Assembly: GCA_001643675.2 (NCBI GenBank)
Contig: LSRY02000001.1
Span: 1,550,001 to 1,614,000, forward strand
DNA: 64,000 bases
From: Monocercomonoides exilis PA203
Lineage: Eukaryota; Protista; Preaxostyla
Reading direction: 5' to 3'
Shown: in pieces, positions 52,481 to 64,000 of the stretch
How the letters are laid out: the number at the start of each line of letters is the position of its first letter
Position numbering within the stretch: position 1 is the stretch's first letter
Translations under genes and position numbers: made by a program
The notes under the pieces: model-generated
What the model saw: the letters and a program-made list of their open reading frames with translations, nothing else
Database searches by the model: none
What the model was told of the DNA's origin: nothing

Positions 52481-54295
52481 ATGGATGTACATCAAAATGC
52501 TTCTTGTAATTTAAAGCAATGTGTTATTCGTTTGAAGGACATTTCGTATGTACATTTTTAAAGCAAAAAATATTTATATATTGTTGTTGAAAATAATTTT
52601 AGTGAAACTTCATCAAAATTGCAGTCTCAATCAATATTGCACGATTTACAAGTTTCAATTTGTGAATCTTCAAAAATCGTGCTTGAAAAAACATTAAATA
52701 CGTTGTTTTTTGACACGCTGTCAAAATTTTTGGATATTGACATTGAGATGGAAAAGAATATTTTTCATCTTTTATATGTAATTGCCGTGCAATTTATGCT
52801 TTTGAACGGACAGACATTTTGTGAGTTTTTGCATTCTAACCTTTGCTTAAAAATGAAAACGTCACTTGTAAAATTTATAACTGACAACTATTTTGAAAAA
52901 AAATTTTTCAAATTTAAGTTAAGGCCATTTTCACAAGGAAAAGAAAAATCAAGTAATTATTTTGATTATTGCTTCGAAGGTTGCATTTCATTGGCACTTT
53001 TGTCAAGAACCTACCTTTATGATGATGATCTTATTAAACGATTCATTGCGAAATGTCTTAAACATTATCTTTGCACGTATGACCAAGACGAGGACTTAAT
53101 AAGGAAAAGAGAAATTTTACTGTACACAATTGAAACAATGAAACAAAGTTTGTTGGAATGAGCTTCCTTTTTATAATTTTAAAGTAATAATTTCAATTTT
53201 TCAAAAATTCAAATAGATGGACTTAGATTTTTCAACAAATTTGACATCCATAAACTCGTCATGGATGCTCTCAAACTTCACAAAATATACAATCATCTTT
53301 CACTATTATCTATCATTAGTGCTATTGGCATAATGAGTATCAATTGTTTTTCAAAAAAGGAGATGGATTCATGCTATTTGTGCTTTAGGCAGATGGACAT
53401 TGTTGCTTTATTGGGTAAAATCACAAGTCAGCTCATTGAAAAAGAGGAAAGCGAGATAACTGATGCCATATGGGAACGATTGTGCTCAACATTACGCAAA
53501 TTTATTTTAGTTTTTCCACTGCTTCTCCCTGACTTCTTATTTGCCAAACGATCTGATCAGTCTGGCAAAGTGGCACCTTCTTTGTTGTCTTCAGATTCAG
53601 ATGGCACAAACCTGCGAGAAGTCGGAATTTCTGGGTTTTGTTCAAGATCATCATCACAATTATTGACATCAACTTCATCTTTTGATGCATCGCCAGCAAT
53701 TAATAATTCATCCACAGTGAGAGACAAATACTTTCCGATAGGCTCTAACTTTGTGGACAGTACCGTTGCAAGAACGGAGCATTTTTGTGAATTCTCTCTT
53801 CTTCATCAAAATCTATTGAAAATCCAAGCTAAGCAGTTTTCAAGCAAAAAATCGCTTCTTTCTTTCGTTTTGTATATTGAAGGCAAAATTAATCCTAGGG
53901 ATATTGAACCATATTATTTAAGATATCTACCAATTATCAGGGCTGATAATATGTCAGAATTGCTTTTTTCTTTGTGGGAAAGCTGCCTGGTGCGTAGCAC
54001 ATGCTTTAATGAATGTTATGCTATTTGCAGAGAAGGCGGATTTGGACAGTGCATCCGTTCTGTTCCTTCTCTTTCAAACACGTCAGCTTTTTTTTTGTTT
54101 AGATATTTCCATTTATTGATAAATTTGTTGTTCCCTCGGAAATTAAAATGCGGAAACACGATTGAAATTTTATTGAAGAATGAAATAGAGTCTTGCGGAG
54201 TTCATGACTTGCTATATGCATGGAAGGGAATTTTTAAGAACAAAGAAGCTATCGTGTCAGATATGTCCAAATTGTTTTTTATTTTGAAATGTTGA
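52481..54295 (+). CDS. Hypothetical protein, 3 exons, predicted helical
   Basis: ATG at 52481; introns near 52546-52602 and 53148-53216 splice the 180-aa and 344-aa ORFs in frame. Confidence 0.7.
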
Positions 54296-54715
54296 AACAG
54301 AAATGGAAAAATCTGTAATTGCGTATATTTTCTAACAGCTTAATCATGATTACCTCAAACAATGTGTTTATGAAAACTATTTTTTATTTTTTTATTTTTT
54401 TAGCAGAAAATTGGAAATATCAAAAAAGCAAGGTTTCACGAACTCTCTCATGTTGTGAAAGGAGTTATTAACAAGACTTACGCAATGATTACATATTTTT
54501 GGAGTTTTTAATAAGGTCAATGTTACCTTGGGACGAATATTGTATGAGTGAGAAAGACGCTTTTCAATGGAACAAATAATTTATTTAATTTTCTAAACAT
54601 TCAAAAAAAAATATCATTCAAAAACAAAACAAAAGGCATTTTCAAAAATTATAAGATAAAACAAATCAAAACAAATGGAAACCAAACGCAAAATCCACTA
54701 AAACTTTATAAGACG

Positions 54716-57700
54716 TTAATTCGGCTTCACTTTTTTCACAATAAACATAATGAAACACAGACTCCCAATGACTTTAATTGCAAACAGGCAGCACCAGCAG
54801 AGAAGCACAATCAGCACACCATCCAACGTGTGTGGAATATATTGCAACAGAAAAGCCACAACCAGAGAAGCTACAGGAATAGGTGAAAAGCCAATCTGTA
54901 TGGCAACACTGTTTGTATTGTCATATGTCAATGAGAGTGAACCTCTCACACACTCATTTAGAACAAAATGAGATCTAATGATTGAGTAAGTGTTGGTCGG
55001 AATAGAATTCAGCTGACAAATGAATGAGTGTTTCAGCCAGTCAACAGCACACTCCGCGCAGAAGAATAGCAGCGCATAGAAGACAAGTGACGAGTGCATC
55101 AGCTGCTCTCCCAAAAAGGAAAGGTGTGATGCGAGGGACTTCAGCGACATGTTGCGGAGTGATGACAGCAGCTGCCGGGCAGAAGACGTGCTGAATGAAA
55201 ACGACTGCGATGTTGGGGAAACAGTTTCTGAGATGGTGGAGATGATTATGAGAGATATCTGCACAATCAGGTTGACACGCTGCACAGCATCACCACATGT
55301 GAGCTGATGCACAGAAGATGCCACATTCTTCTTGAACACATTGGACTTCAATTCTGAGAACTGTGATGAAATGATCAATGCAAAGAGATAAGTGGAGTTG
55401 GAATGGAAAGCAACAAGGAGAGTGACAAGATGCAGAAGAAGGACGAAGCAGTGGACAGCTGAAGCGATAGCTGTGAGAGAAAAGGAAAGAGGAAGCGCAT
55501 AGCTCGGAATGGTATGGATTGATGGATCGCAATCCTCTTCTTCGATATCTTCAATGTCCTCTCTATCTGCCCAGTCTGTTGCTTCTGTTGCGTCTGCTTC
55601 AAAACTTCTGGCTTCTTCTTGTTGAATGTCAACAAATGAGTCATCTTTTGTTTCTTTATCAATTTTTGCGTAGTTGATAATGTGAATATCATCAGTTGCC
55701 TTCTCTTTCTTGTTAATTTTCGCTTTTTTCTTTGCCATTTTGTCTTCTGTTCCGATTGAAGAATCAACAACTTTCCCTGGAACTAACTGGACTTTTCTAT
55801 TTTTATTCATTTTTTGATTATTTTTTTGCTGGTTCTCGCTTCCATCAGAGCGTCTCATTCTCGCAGTATTCATTACAGGCGGAAAAATTGTACTTGAATC
55901 AGAGCAAATTGAATGAGTTGTCACAGAAGAAGGTTGAACAAAAGAAGCAGTTGGTGAATGCGAACGAGACGACAAATCTAAAGGCAGCTCAAAAGAGTCT
56001 TCTTCAGAATCCAAAGTTGCACTGTTCGTTGGATGGAGCGGAACTGGGGAAACTAAAAGAGGACTGTCTTCATCATCAGTCTGAATATTTGAGTCGGATT
56101 CTTTTTGGCTGCTGAATGGAAGCAGTGAAAGAACAGACTCCCCGTTTTGATCAACAAATTTGACGTGCTCTCCTTTTTCGAGATTCGAACATGTGATTTG
56201 TGGAACAGAAGAATTGTGTGCAGGTAAGTGTTTGCTTTTATAAGATGGAGAAATAACAGAAGAAGTTGAATGAAGCAGCAAATGCGAAGGTGAAGTGGCA
56301 AGTGGAGGTGATCTTGAATGTTTGCGATGGTGCCTTTTCGAATGGTTATGTGATGAGCGAGAAGGCGAGTGCTGAAGGCTGAATGAGAGCGAAGAAGGGG
56401 TCTCAGCTTCTGCTCTTTTGCCGGCTTCGTCGCCTTCGCCGCTGGGAGGTGTGTTGATGAGGCGCGGAAAGCCAAAGAGAGAAAGCGTGGACGAAGCCGA
56501 TGAAAGTGTGCGGTGGTCTTTGCGATGTGTGTAGGAAGTATTCGGAAGCTGAGATGACGAGGCAGATGAAGATAATGAAGATGAAGAAGAAGAAGAAGAT
56601 AATGATGAGGAGGAGGTGGGTAAGGTGGATGAGGAACTAGCTGATGATGAAAAAACATTAAAGGCTTTTAAAAATGAGCCTTTTTTTGTCAAAAACGAAG
56701 AAGATCTGCTAAGTTTCATGGGATTTTGCTTTTCATTGTCTGGGTGAGGAGAATTGGATACTGTGCGTCTGCTGCCGTGTGAAGGAGATGGAGAGCGAGA
56801 TTTATGTGACAAAGAAAGAGGTGACTTATGAGATCCTTCGACCAAGCAATTTCGGGGTTCCTTCTCTTCCTTCTCTTCATCTCTTCCAATGGATGCTGCA
56901 AAAGAATTATCAGAACTTATTTGAACTTGCAAATCATCAGGAATGTCATTGTTATTATTCTTTGTCATATGATGAGAGGAAAGAATTCTTTTTTCATCTT
57001 TGCCCGATGAAGAATTGTTTCCAGAGCAAACGCCTAAATTTGACGCGTCTTCTTTGTTTATCTCAGTGTTTTCTTGCAATTTAATTCGACTTCTTTTGCG
57101 TTTGTAAATCCACTTCTTCAATTTAGTAAGTTGTGAGCCATCCATCATCACTAATTCCTCTGTAAGTTCCAAAGGAACGACAGTAAACACTCCAAGCATC
57201 TTATCTGCAACGTCACCCATGTTATATAGGAAAAGGGTTTTTAGTGAAGATTGTTGCTTCAAAGTGTGATATAATGATGGAATGTCGACAATTTTGAATA
57301 TGAGCAAAAAAGTAAATATAAACAACACAAAGCGTAAGGTATCCGCCTTTATTGAGGGATGAAATACAATATTCCATAACTTTGAAATATTTGTTTTTTG
57401 TTTGTGGCAAAATCCCTTGACTGTACCAAAGCATAATGCAATAAGTGAAACAATGAATACAGTAAATGTAGAGAACAGGCGAAAAGGAAGTGTTGTAAGA
57501 TAAAACAACACAGAATCGAGGCACACATACATCCCAAGCCAAATAGTTTTTTCGCACTCAAAAATATATCGAACCCAATTTGTTTCGATTTTTAGTTTTC
57601 TTTTAATGGATTCAATCTGTTGAAATAATTGTGGAGAAATATTTGGATGCGCGTAATGATTTTTGATTTGTTTATTATCATTAGAATACTTCCTATCTTT

Positions 57701-57841
57701 GTGCGTCTCGAAAGAAACTGATTCATATGAGAAATTGCTTTTCTGAGACGGTGAAAAGGCCTCTATTTTTGGTGATGTTAGACCAACAAGATTCAAAAAT
57801 GATGAGGATGTTGGAGTTTTAGGGGCATTGATTGTTTCCAT
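54716..57841 (-). CDS. TAPT1: TAPT1/Emp65/POD1 (DUF747) ER membrane protein with a long low-complexity insert
   Basis: GMYVCLDSVLFYLTTLPFR, LYHTLKQQSSLKTLFLYNM, SQFSELKSNVFKK, ECAVDWLKHSFI and IGFSPIPVASL match DUF747 motifs. Confidence 0.88.
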   Translation of the reverse strand: METINAPKTPTSSSFLNLVGLTSPKIEAFSPSQKSNFSYESVSFETHKDRKYSNDNKQIKNHYAHPNISPQLFQQIESIKRKLKIETNWVRYIFECEKTIWLGMYVCLDSVLFYLTTLPFRLFSTFTVFIVSLIALCFGTVKGFCHKQKTNISKLWNIVFHPSIKADTLRFVLFIFTFLLIFKIVDIPSLYHTLKQQSSLKTLFLYNMGDVADKMLGVFTVVPLELTEELVMMDGSQLTKLKKWIYKRKRSRIKLQENTEINKEDASNLGVCSGNNSSSGKDEKRILSSHHMTKNNNNDIPDDLQVQISSDNSFAASIGRDEEKEEKEPRNCLVEGSHKSPLSLSHKSRSPSPSHGSRRTVSNSPHPDNEKQNPMKLSRSSSFLTKKGSFLKAFNVFSSSASSSSTLPTSSSSLSSSSSSSSLSSSASSSQLPNTSYTHRKDHRTLSSASSTLSLFGFPRLINTPPSGEGDEAGKRAEAETPSSLSFSLQHSPSRSSHNHSKRHHRKHSRSPPLATSPSHLLLHSTSSVISPSYKSKHLPAHNSSVPQITCSNLEKGEHVKFVDQNGESVLSLLPFSSQKESDSNIQTDDEDSPLLVSPVPLHPTNSATLDSEEDSFELPLDLSSRSHSPTASFVQPSSVTTHSICSDSSTIFPPVMNTARMRRSDGSENQQKNNQKMNKNRKVQLVPGKVVDSSIGTEDKMAKKKAKINKKEKATDDIHIINYAKIDKETKDDSFVDIQQEEARSFEADATEATDWADREDIEDIEEEDCDPSIHTIPSYALPLSFSLTAIASAVHCFVLLLHLVTLLVAFHSNSTYLFALIISSQFSELKSNVFKKNVASSVHQLTCGDAVQRVNLIVQISLIIISTISETVSPTSQSFSFSTSSARQLLSSLRNMSLKSLASHLSFLGEQLMHSSLVFYALLFFCAECAVDWLKHSFICQLNSIPTNTYSIIRSHFVLNECVRGSLSLTYDNTNSVAIQIGFSPIPVASLVVAFLLQYIPHTLDGVLIVLLCWCCLFAIKVIGSLCFIMFIVKKVKPN

Positions 57842-58366
57842 TTCTGGTGAAACAAGAAAAAAAAAAGATATTTAACAAAAAAATTAGGGGTAAAGAAAAT
57901 TGAGTCAAAATGCGAAAAGGTTCAAAACATAAAAAACAAATAATGTGATTGATATTTTATTGAAAGTTTTTCATATTTCTTGTTTCGTTTCTGATATAAG
58001 AACATATTTCTTTCAGAATTAATTGACATAAAAATTATATACTCTTTTCACAGTCTCATGTCAACCAGTGAACCACTTAGGTTGAAATTTTATCAAATGG
58101 ATGACGAATACAATTTAATATCACAAAATCGGATATAAATAAATGAGATTTTATTCTTGTTGATTTTATAAGAACAAAGAAATTGTAAGTGTCTAATAAA
58201 CATTTCTTTTAGCACGCAACTGTTGCAGTATATAACAAAATTAGTAGATCAAATAGAGATATAGACAAAAATCACGCAAAAATAAATGAAATGCATTTAA
58301 TACACTTTAACTTTTTCTTTTCTTCATTTCTTTTTTATTCATTGCAATGGTTTTTTTTTTTTCCTC

Positions 58367-59779
58367 TTACAAATCGTTAAGATAAAATTCATCATCCTCA
58401 TCGCCTTGTGGCACTTCGACATCTTCTTCATCGTCATGCTTCAGATCAAAGCGCTTCTGCAGTTTCTCGTCTCTCTTCTTCTTGTCTCTCACTTTCCTAT
58501 CAGCCTGTCTTCTCAGTTCTTCTGCTTCCCATCCAGGCTCTTCTACTTCTCTCTGCTTCTTAAACGTTGCATTGAAAAAGGCATCAAACTCTGCTTCATC
58601 GTCTCCAATAAATATGTTATCGAAGATGGTTCCTGATTGAACTTGCCAGATATCAATAGCCACATATCTGAACCAAATGCTCTGCCTTCTTTCTTTTTCT
58701 TCAGTGAGTTGCATGTTTGGCACACGAGGCTTTTGCCAAGGACCCATCCACATCGGATTGGCAATTGTTTTCTGAATCCACTCACCTCTATATAGAGGAT
58801 TACGAATAATTGGACGATACCATTCTCCATCAACAGTATCATTCCAATCCTTCATCTTTGTGGCATTTGGATCTGGAATATACTTCGGCTGATCCCAATC
58901 AGCTGGTTTAATATCTTTTGGATCTGGTATTTCTTCTCGGTCATCCCATTCTTCTGGCTTCTCTGCATCAGGATCCTCAACCTAGAATGTTTATCATAAA
59001 TAATGGAATATTAATTTTTCTTTTTTAAAAAAATTGAACATACAAATCGAGGTGTGTACCAATTGCCCCACTGATCCTGAAATTCACCCCAATTCTCTTT
59101 TTTGATATCTGTTTGCAAAACATATGATCCGTTTGCGTACAATTTGATTGCATACAAATGGGTCTCTTTGTCATCCTTGGATCTGATACGTGCTCTTGAT
59201 TTCTGTTCTCTTCCTTCATGTCTGAAAATCGCATGAACTTGATCGTTGATTGATCCACATGTATCAGGCCCAAACATCAATTCAAATGGAGTATCACCGT
59301 TAAAGTTTTCTTGGTCAAATGGCTCATTGAAAAACTTCAGATATGATCCTGAACATTTAATATCTTGAGTTTGTGTCACTGTAAATCCAATGAAAAGATT
59401 CTTTCGAAAGTTTGTGACAGTTTCTCCAATGTCTGCGCTGATATGATAATATCTTTCATCTTGCGATGTCTTCAATCCTTTTGAAGCTTCGAGATGATAG
59501 TACTTTGGAGGTCTTTCCCATGTGAATTTACCAGCTTTGTTTTCCTCTTGATGTGCAGTACTATATTTCCATCTTTGTGGCCATGTGTCTATAAAATATC
59601 AAATTTAGAAATCCCGTTTTTGCATTAATATTGTTTTTAAAACAATTTTTAAAAATCATCAAATAGGAAGCAAATAAATATAATAAGCACTAAAATGAAA
59701 TAAACATACAATCAAATTGTTCAGCAAAATAAACTTTTGCTTCCACTGAAATGAGAAAACCCAAAAAAGCCAAAAACAT
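58367..59779 (-). CDS. CALR: Calreticulin, 3 exons
   Basis: Signal peptide then KVYFAEQF, GLKTSQDERYY, CSGSYLK, LMFGPDTCG, P-domain repeats (DPDAEKPEEWD, GEW..P.I.NP.Y), DIWQVQSGTIFDNI and an acidic tail. Confidence 0.93.
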
Positions 59780-60303
59780 GATCGAATATTGATCCGTTGC
59801 ATAAAATGATTATCAGCGAAACGAATTTTTCAAACTTTTTTTTGTCAATAAATCTGCAACAAGGAATGAAGAAGAACAATAATGTCTGTTATTTGTTATT
59901 TTTGTTTTTATGTTTTGAAAATTGATTTTCTCTCATTTAAGTTTTTTTTGAAATTTTTGTTTTCAATAATTAAATACTACTCATAAGCGCACAAATAATT
60001 GTTCAATCTCAGCAAGTGCATAATTTTTGTTCTGGTTTTGTTGGAAATCTCTGATATTCAATTAAAAGTTTATATCATTGTCCCCTCTTATTTTGGAGAA
60101 AAATGTTGAAAAAAATCTTATTTAGCTGCTTATTAAATTAGTAAATCTCAATAACTCTCGTTAAAAGCAGTAAAACAAAATAAAAGAAAGTTAAAAAAGA
60201 AAAAGAAAATACAACGAAAAAGTTACTAATGCTAACTAAACAATAACTCTGGTTAATCATCAAGGCGTTATGCCAATCTAAAAGTTATAATCTCAAAATT
60301 CAT

Positions 60304-61653
60304 TTACGCAACGACTGAATACTTTCCTGCATCTCTGGTGTCGCCTTTGCCAGTAAATTTCAGTGTGCTCTTTCTAACAGTTCCGGAAGTTGCCCATTGT
60401 TCAACAACAACCATGCCAGAGGACGTCATGCTGTGGAAGAAGCATCCGTGATTTCCGTGGTTCCAGTTAGGATATCTTCCATCGAAGAAAGTTGCAATGG
60501 CACAGCCCTTTTTCGGGTATTGGGTAGGTGTGATCTTTGGCCCTTCTCTCCATGTTTTTACCAGACCAATATCTTTGCAGAACCACTGAACAAGAACAAC
60601 ACATTGGCCATTGCCATATGTTTTGTGTCCAACGATTGAGTCAACATCCCCAGGGAAATAGTGCCCTCCTGTTACTGGTGCATCTGGTTCCGGTTGTGGC
60701 TTTGGAGGTTGAGGTTGTGGTGGTTGTGGTTTTGGTGGCTGCGGCTTGGGTGGCTGAGGTTTTGGTGGTTGAGGCTTTGGGCCATTTCCGGGAATCTTCA
60801 ATTTTTGTCCAACATATATTAAATTCGGATTAGAGATACCATTCAAATCAGCAATAGCTTTGACTGTTGTTCCATATTGTTTTGCAATTTTTGATAATGT
60901 ATCTCCCGCTTTCACAGTATATATAATATAATCATCACTTGGTGTTGGTTTTGGAGGCTGGGGCTTGGGAGGTTGTGGTTTTGGTGGTTGTGGTTTTGGT
61001 GGTTGAGGCTTTGGTTTTGGTGGTTGAGGCTTTGGTTTTGGTGGTTGAGGCTTTGGTTTCGGAGGTTGTGGCTTTGGTTTTGGTGGTTGTGGCTTTGGTT
61101 TCGGAGGTTGTGGCTTTGGTCTTGGTTTGGGGGTTGGTTTTGGAGATGGCTTTGGTTTCGGAGGTTGTGGCTGAGGCTTCGGTCTTGGTTTTGGAGATGG
61201 CTTTGGCTTGGGTGAAGGTTTAGGCTTTGGCTTTGGTGTGGGTTTTGGTTTTGGTTTTGGAGTTGGTTTTGGTTTAGGCTTTGGAGATGGTTTTGGTTTT
61301 GGCTTTGGCTTTGGTGATGGCTTTGGTTTAGGCTTTGGAGATGGCTTAGGCTTTGGCTTAGGCTTTGGGGATGGTTTGGGCCTCTTTGCTCCATCAATAT
61401 CTTCATCTTCTTCGAGATCAACTTCGTTATTCGCAAAAGAATCGCCTCCGTTTTCATCAAAATCATCCTCATCTATCATTTCATCTGCTTCTTCATCTAT
61501 GGTATCTTCGAATACAATGGAAGGCTCATCTTGAAAAGCAATCTGCTCCTGAACAAACTCAGTTCCATTTATTTTATAATCATCATTCTCTTGTTCAAAT
61601 TCGACGAATTCTTGGGCAAACGCCGAAATGAAAAATATGCTCCACAAAAGCAT
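60304..61653 (-). CDS. Secreted peptidoglycan amidase: signal peptide, acidic segment, Pro/Lys repeats, LysM, Tae3-like (NlpC/P60-fold) domain
   Basis: Lys[46 protein letters not shown]-terminal [10 protein letters not shown]...TWREG...[11 protein letters not shown]...GNHGCFF...VVEQW with Cys at 60601-60603 and His at 60448-60450. Confidence 0.85.
   Translation of the reverse strand: MLLWSIFFISAFAQEFVEFEQENDDYKINGTEFVQEQIAFQDEPSIVFEDTIDEEADEMIDEDDFDENGGDSFANNEVDLEEDEDIDGAKRPKPSPKPKPKPKPSPKPKPKPSPKPKPKPKPSPKPKPKPTPKPKPKPTPKPKPKPSPKPKPSPKPRPKPQPQPPKPKPSPKPTPKPRPKPQPPKPKPQPPKPKPQPPKPKPQPPKPKPQPPKPKPQPPKPQPPKPQPPKPQPPKPTPSDDYIIYTVKAGDTLSKIAKQYGTTVKAIADLNGISNPNLIYVGQKLKIPGNGPKPQPPKPQPPKPQPPKPQPPQPQPPKPQPEPDAPVTGGHYFPGDVDSIVGHKTYGNGQCVVLVQWFCKDIGLVKTWREGPKITPTQYPKKGCAIATFFDGRYPNWNHGNHGCFFHSMTSSGMVVVEQWATSGTVRKSTLKFTGKGDTRDAGKYSVVA
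60940..61380 (-). repeat. Coding tandem repeats (PKPKPS / PKPKPQP units)
   Basis: Short tandem units encoding a Pro/Lys/Gln linker; a second block lies at about 60680-60785. Confidence 0.9.
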
Positions 61654-62054
61654 CTTTCAATTATATGATCAGAACAACCTTAGTTTATATGAAAACTGTT
61701 TCTATTCAAATTTGTTCATCTTATTAAACGAAATTGATAAACTAATTATTCAAAATTAATTAAATTGAATATTTTTTATTAAATAACATTTTGTGAAAAA
61801 TTTGTTTTTGGTTGAGTGCCAGAAAGTGATAAAAATATTATATTTTTACATTATTTGTACAAAAAATGAGAATTTGAATCCCGATTTTAATTGTTTTTCT
61901 ATAAATAGAAAATTTTCTGATTTTTTCAGAAAAAAATCATCATTATGGAAATAAGATAATTGACAAATTATTTCTCCTCACATTGAAAAATTATTAATTA
62001 CACAATCAAGAAACAATATTTATGAAAAATTGAATTTTGATAAACAATTTAATA

Positions 62055-62230
62055 CAGATATCGCATAAAATACAGAACAAGATCGATTTCATAATAACTG
62101 CAAGAGGAATAATTCTGACAATATTCCTCTAAATACATCTCATTAATGCAAACTCATTTTATATGTAAGACTTTCAAAGTAGCTTCATTTGTGCTCAAAA
62201 ATTTTTATTATTGAAATCTCAAATAAACTA
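62055..62230. repeat. Diverged single arm of the 51616-51993 fold-back family
   Basis: AACTGCAAGA.GAATAATTCTGACAAT...TTTGTGCTCA is shared with 51655-51760. Confidence 0.7.
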
Positions 62231-62318
62231 AAAAAAATAATTTTTCACAAAATATTTTTTTAAAAAAATACTCAATTCTTTTAACTTTGAATAATTAGTT
62301 TATCAATTTCGAATAATT

Positions 62319-62587
62319 GGGACAAAATATGAGACTTCATGCATTTTCTTTGAAAAATTATGGACCTTCGATGAACTTTTAGTGATCAAAAATTTTGAAA
62401 AAAATTTGTTTATTTTTTGACAAATAAGTGAGGAAACAAAATATTTTGTTGGAAAGTCAATGAGACCTGTTTGCAGATTTGAAAATCAAATATATTTTGC
62501 AATCTGATGTAGGATTATAATGTTATAAAAGAAAAAAAATTTTTTTGTTTTGTCCAATAAAGGCTTGAAAGTCCGTATTTTTTCACC
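62319..62587. mobile_element. ~268-bp GGG-terminated MITE, copy 4 (AATT/ATTT flanks)
   Basis: Homologous to copies 1-3 along its length. Confidence 0.75.
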
Positions 62588-62699
62588 ATTTGTTTTTGTT
62601 TTCAATTTATTTAATTCAACTTTGTTTGAAAATGTGATTGAAGATGAAGAATCAGAGATTATTGAAGATGCTTCACCAATAAAAAAAAATTCAAAATCT

Positions 62700-63852
62700 G
62701 CGGTTTATTCCTTCTTGCGAAATCAACTCGAATGAAAATTACAAAAGCCAAAAAAATTTTGGAATAAAATCATCTTGAAGCATCTTGGCAGGACGTTTTG
62801 AAACATTGGGATGAAACGCTTGACAATCTGCATTCAAAACACAAATACCGAAGTGAGTTGATCTATGATGAAGATGAAACACCACTGAGATTATCTGATA
62901 ATTGCATAAAACCAGTTGCGATATCCTCGGAGTCTCCATCAGCCTATTGCCTTGATCCTTCTGGAGTGAGAAATGCGAAACTTGTGGCTGGTGTTGCCTC
63001 AGATGGGTTTTCTATGCCCACAATTGTTCTTTGGTCGAGTTCCAATATTCAGAAAGAGTTGACTCCTTTGCTATCTCCCTCGCTTTGTGTGTTGAGCAAT
63101 ACTAACTGTTTGATGAACTTTAATCTATTCAAACGATACTCTTTGCGTGATCTGCTTGAAATAATATTAGAAAGAAAGAAAAGAATAAAATTAACGAAAG
63201 AATGATGTTTGCTATTTGTTAATTCGCACAGTTCTCGCACAAACCCTGTTATTTGGGGAAAGTTTATCGAATCAAATGAAGACGTTATCACATTTGTTCC
63301 TCACATATCACATATTTCACAGCCTCTCGATAGAGGTGTTTTTGCTATTCTTAAATCAGTTTTAAATTCATCAATAGAAGTCCCTCAATCTTCAACTGCT
63401 TCTTTCAACAGAAAGGCTTTGTCAGACATCCTTCCTCAAGCTCTTCACTCTGCATTCGCTCCATCAGTTATAAAGAATGCCTTTGATGCAAGCGGAGTTT
63501 TTTTCAAATCATCAGGCCAGTTTTACGTAAAATGCCCAAGCACTTTTCATTTCCTTTGTCAACTTATTCAAATCATTTTGATTTTTACGGAAAACTGCTC
63601 ACAAACGAAGATTTCTGTGAAAAGTGGGGAGAAGATATTTTTATTCGAAAAAGAGCGAAATATTTTGATGCCGAAGAAGAAACAGATAACATTGAAGAAA
63701 CTCTTCCATTAAAATCAAAGAATAAAAGAGTTTATCGAAGAATTTTGCATGATGATTTGGAAAATATCGAAGAAGAAAATTTTGCAGATCAAAGTTCAGG
63801 AAAAAGAAAAATTCGAAGACTATTTGACCCAAGTTTTGTTTATTTTTGCTAA
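62700..63852 (+). pseudogene. pogo/Fot1-like (DDE_1) transposase pseudogene, copy C, 5'-truncated
   Basis: DETPL, ASDGFSMP, LFVNSH (catalytic Asp replaced by Asn) and SHISQPLDRGVF; stop at 63203-63205 and a frameshift; C-terminus homologous to copy A. Confidence 0.85.
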
Positions 63853-64000
63853 TTGAGTCTGCATTTTTTGTTCTTTTTTTCTTTCAAAAAATTGGTTCCA
63901 ACAAAAACACTGACCTATTCACATTCATCATCAATTTTTTTAAAGAAATTATTTCACTTAAAAATTTTTTAAATTCATATCCACACATACAATTATTTTT

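Noticed and set aside
54716-59779. Functional ER gene cluster (TAPT1 and calreticulin, plus BLTP1 and the TRIC-like gene)
   Set aside because: Adjacency of a few ER genes is unremarkable without conserved synteny.
60680-61380. CRISPR-like array
   Set aside because: These are coding tandem repeats with no unique spacers.

Overview
Eukaryotic DNA with AT-rich intergenic regions, short GT-AG introns, Ser/Glu-rich low-complexity proteins and the standard genetic code. The style and the arginine deiminase fit an anaerobic metamonad such as the oxymonad Monocercomonoides (inference only). Host genes: (1) a >16-kb open frame missed by the ORF track because it runs off the left edge, encoding a Csf1/KIAA1109 (BLTP1) bridge-like lipid transfer protein, head-to-head with a 7-exon arginine deiminase; (2) two membrane proteins, one weakly TRIC/TMEM38-like; (3) a hypothetical protein; (4) TAPT1/Emp65; (5) calreticulin; (6) a secreted LysM + Tae3-like peptidoglycan amidase of probable bacterial origin. 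Positions ~23.7-52 kb and 62-64 kb are a DNA-transposon landscape. Its centrepiece is a candidate 19.5-kb element (27371-46864) with identical 28-bp TIRs, GGG...CCC ends and ATAT flanks. It carries an intact 3-exon gene for a Sola-like DDD transposase with a complete ubiquitin-specific protease (USP) domain embedded in it. A compact structured-RNA candidate follows the stop codon, and decayed host-gene fragments (ABCC ATPase, ARM/HEAT-like) point outward on both sides. The element sits in the centre of a split palindrome together with two TA-targeting MITEs. Four copies of a ~268-bp GGG-terminated MITE with 4-bp AWWT flanks, other MITEs, and three dead pogo-like transposases surround it. All family assignments are by eye from motifs; no searches were run.
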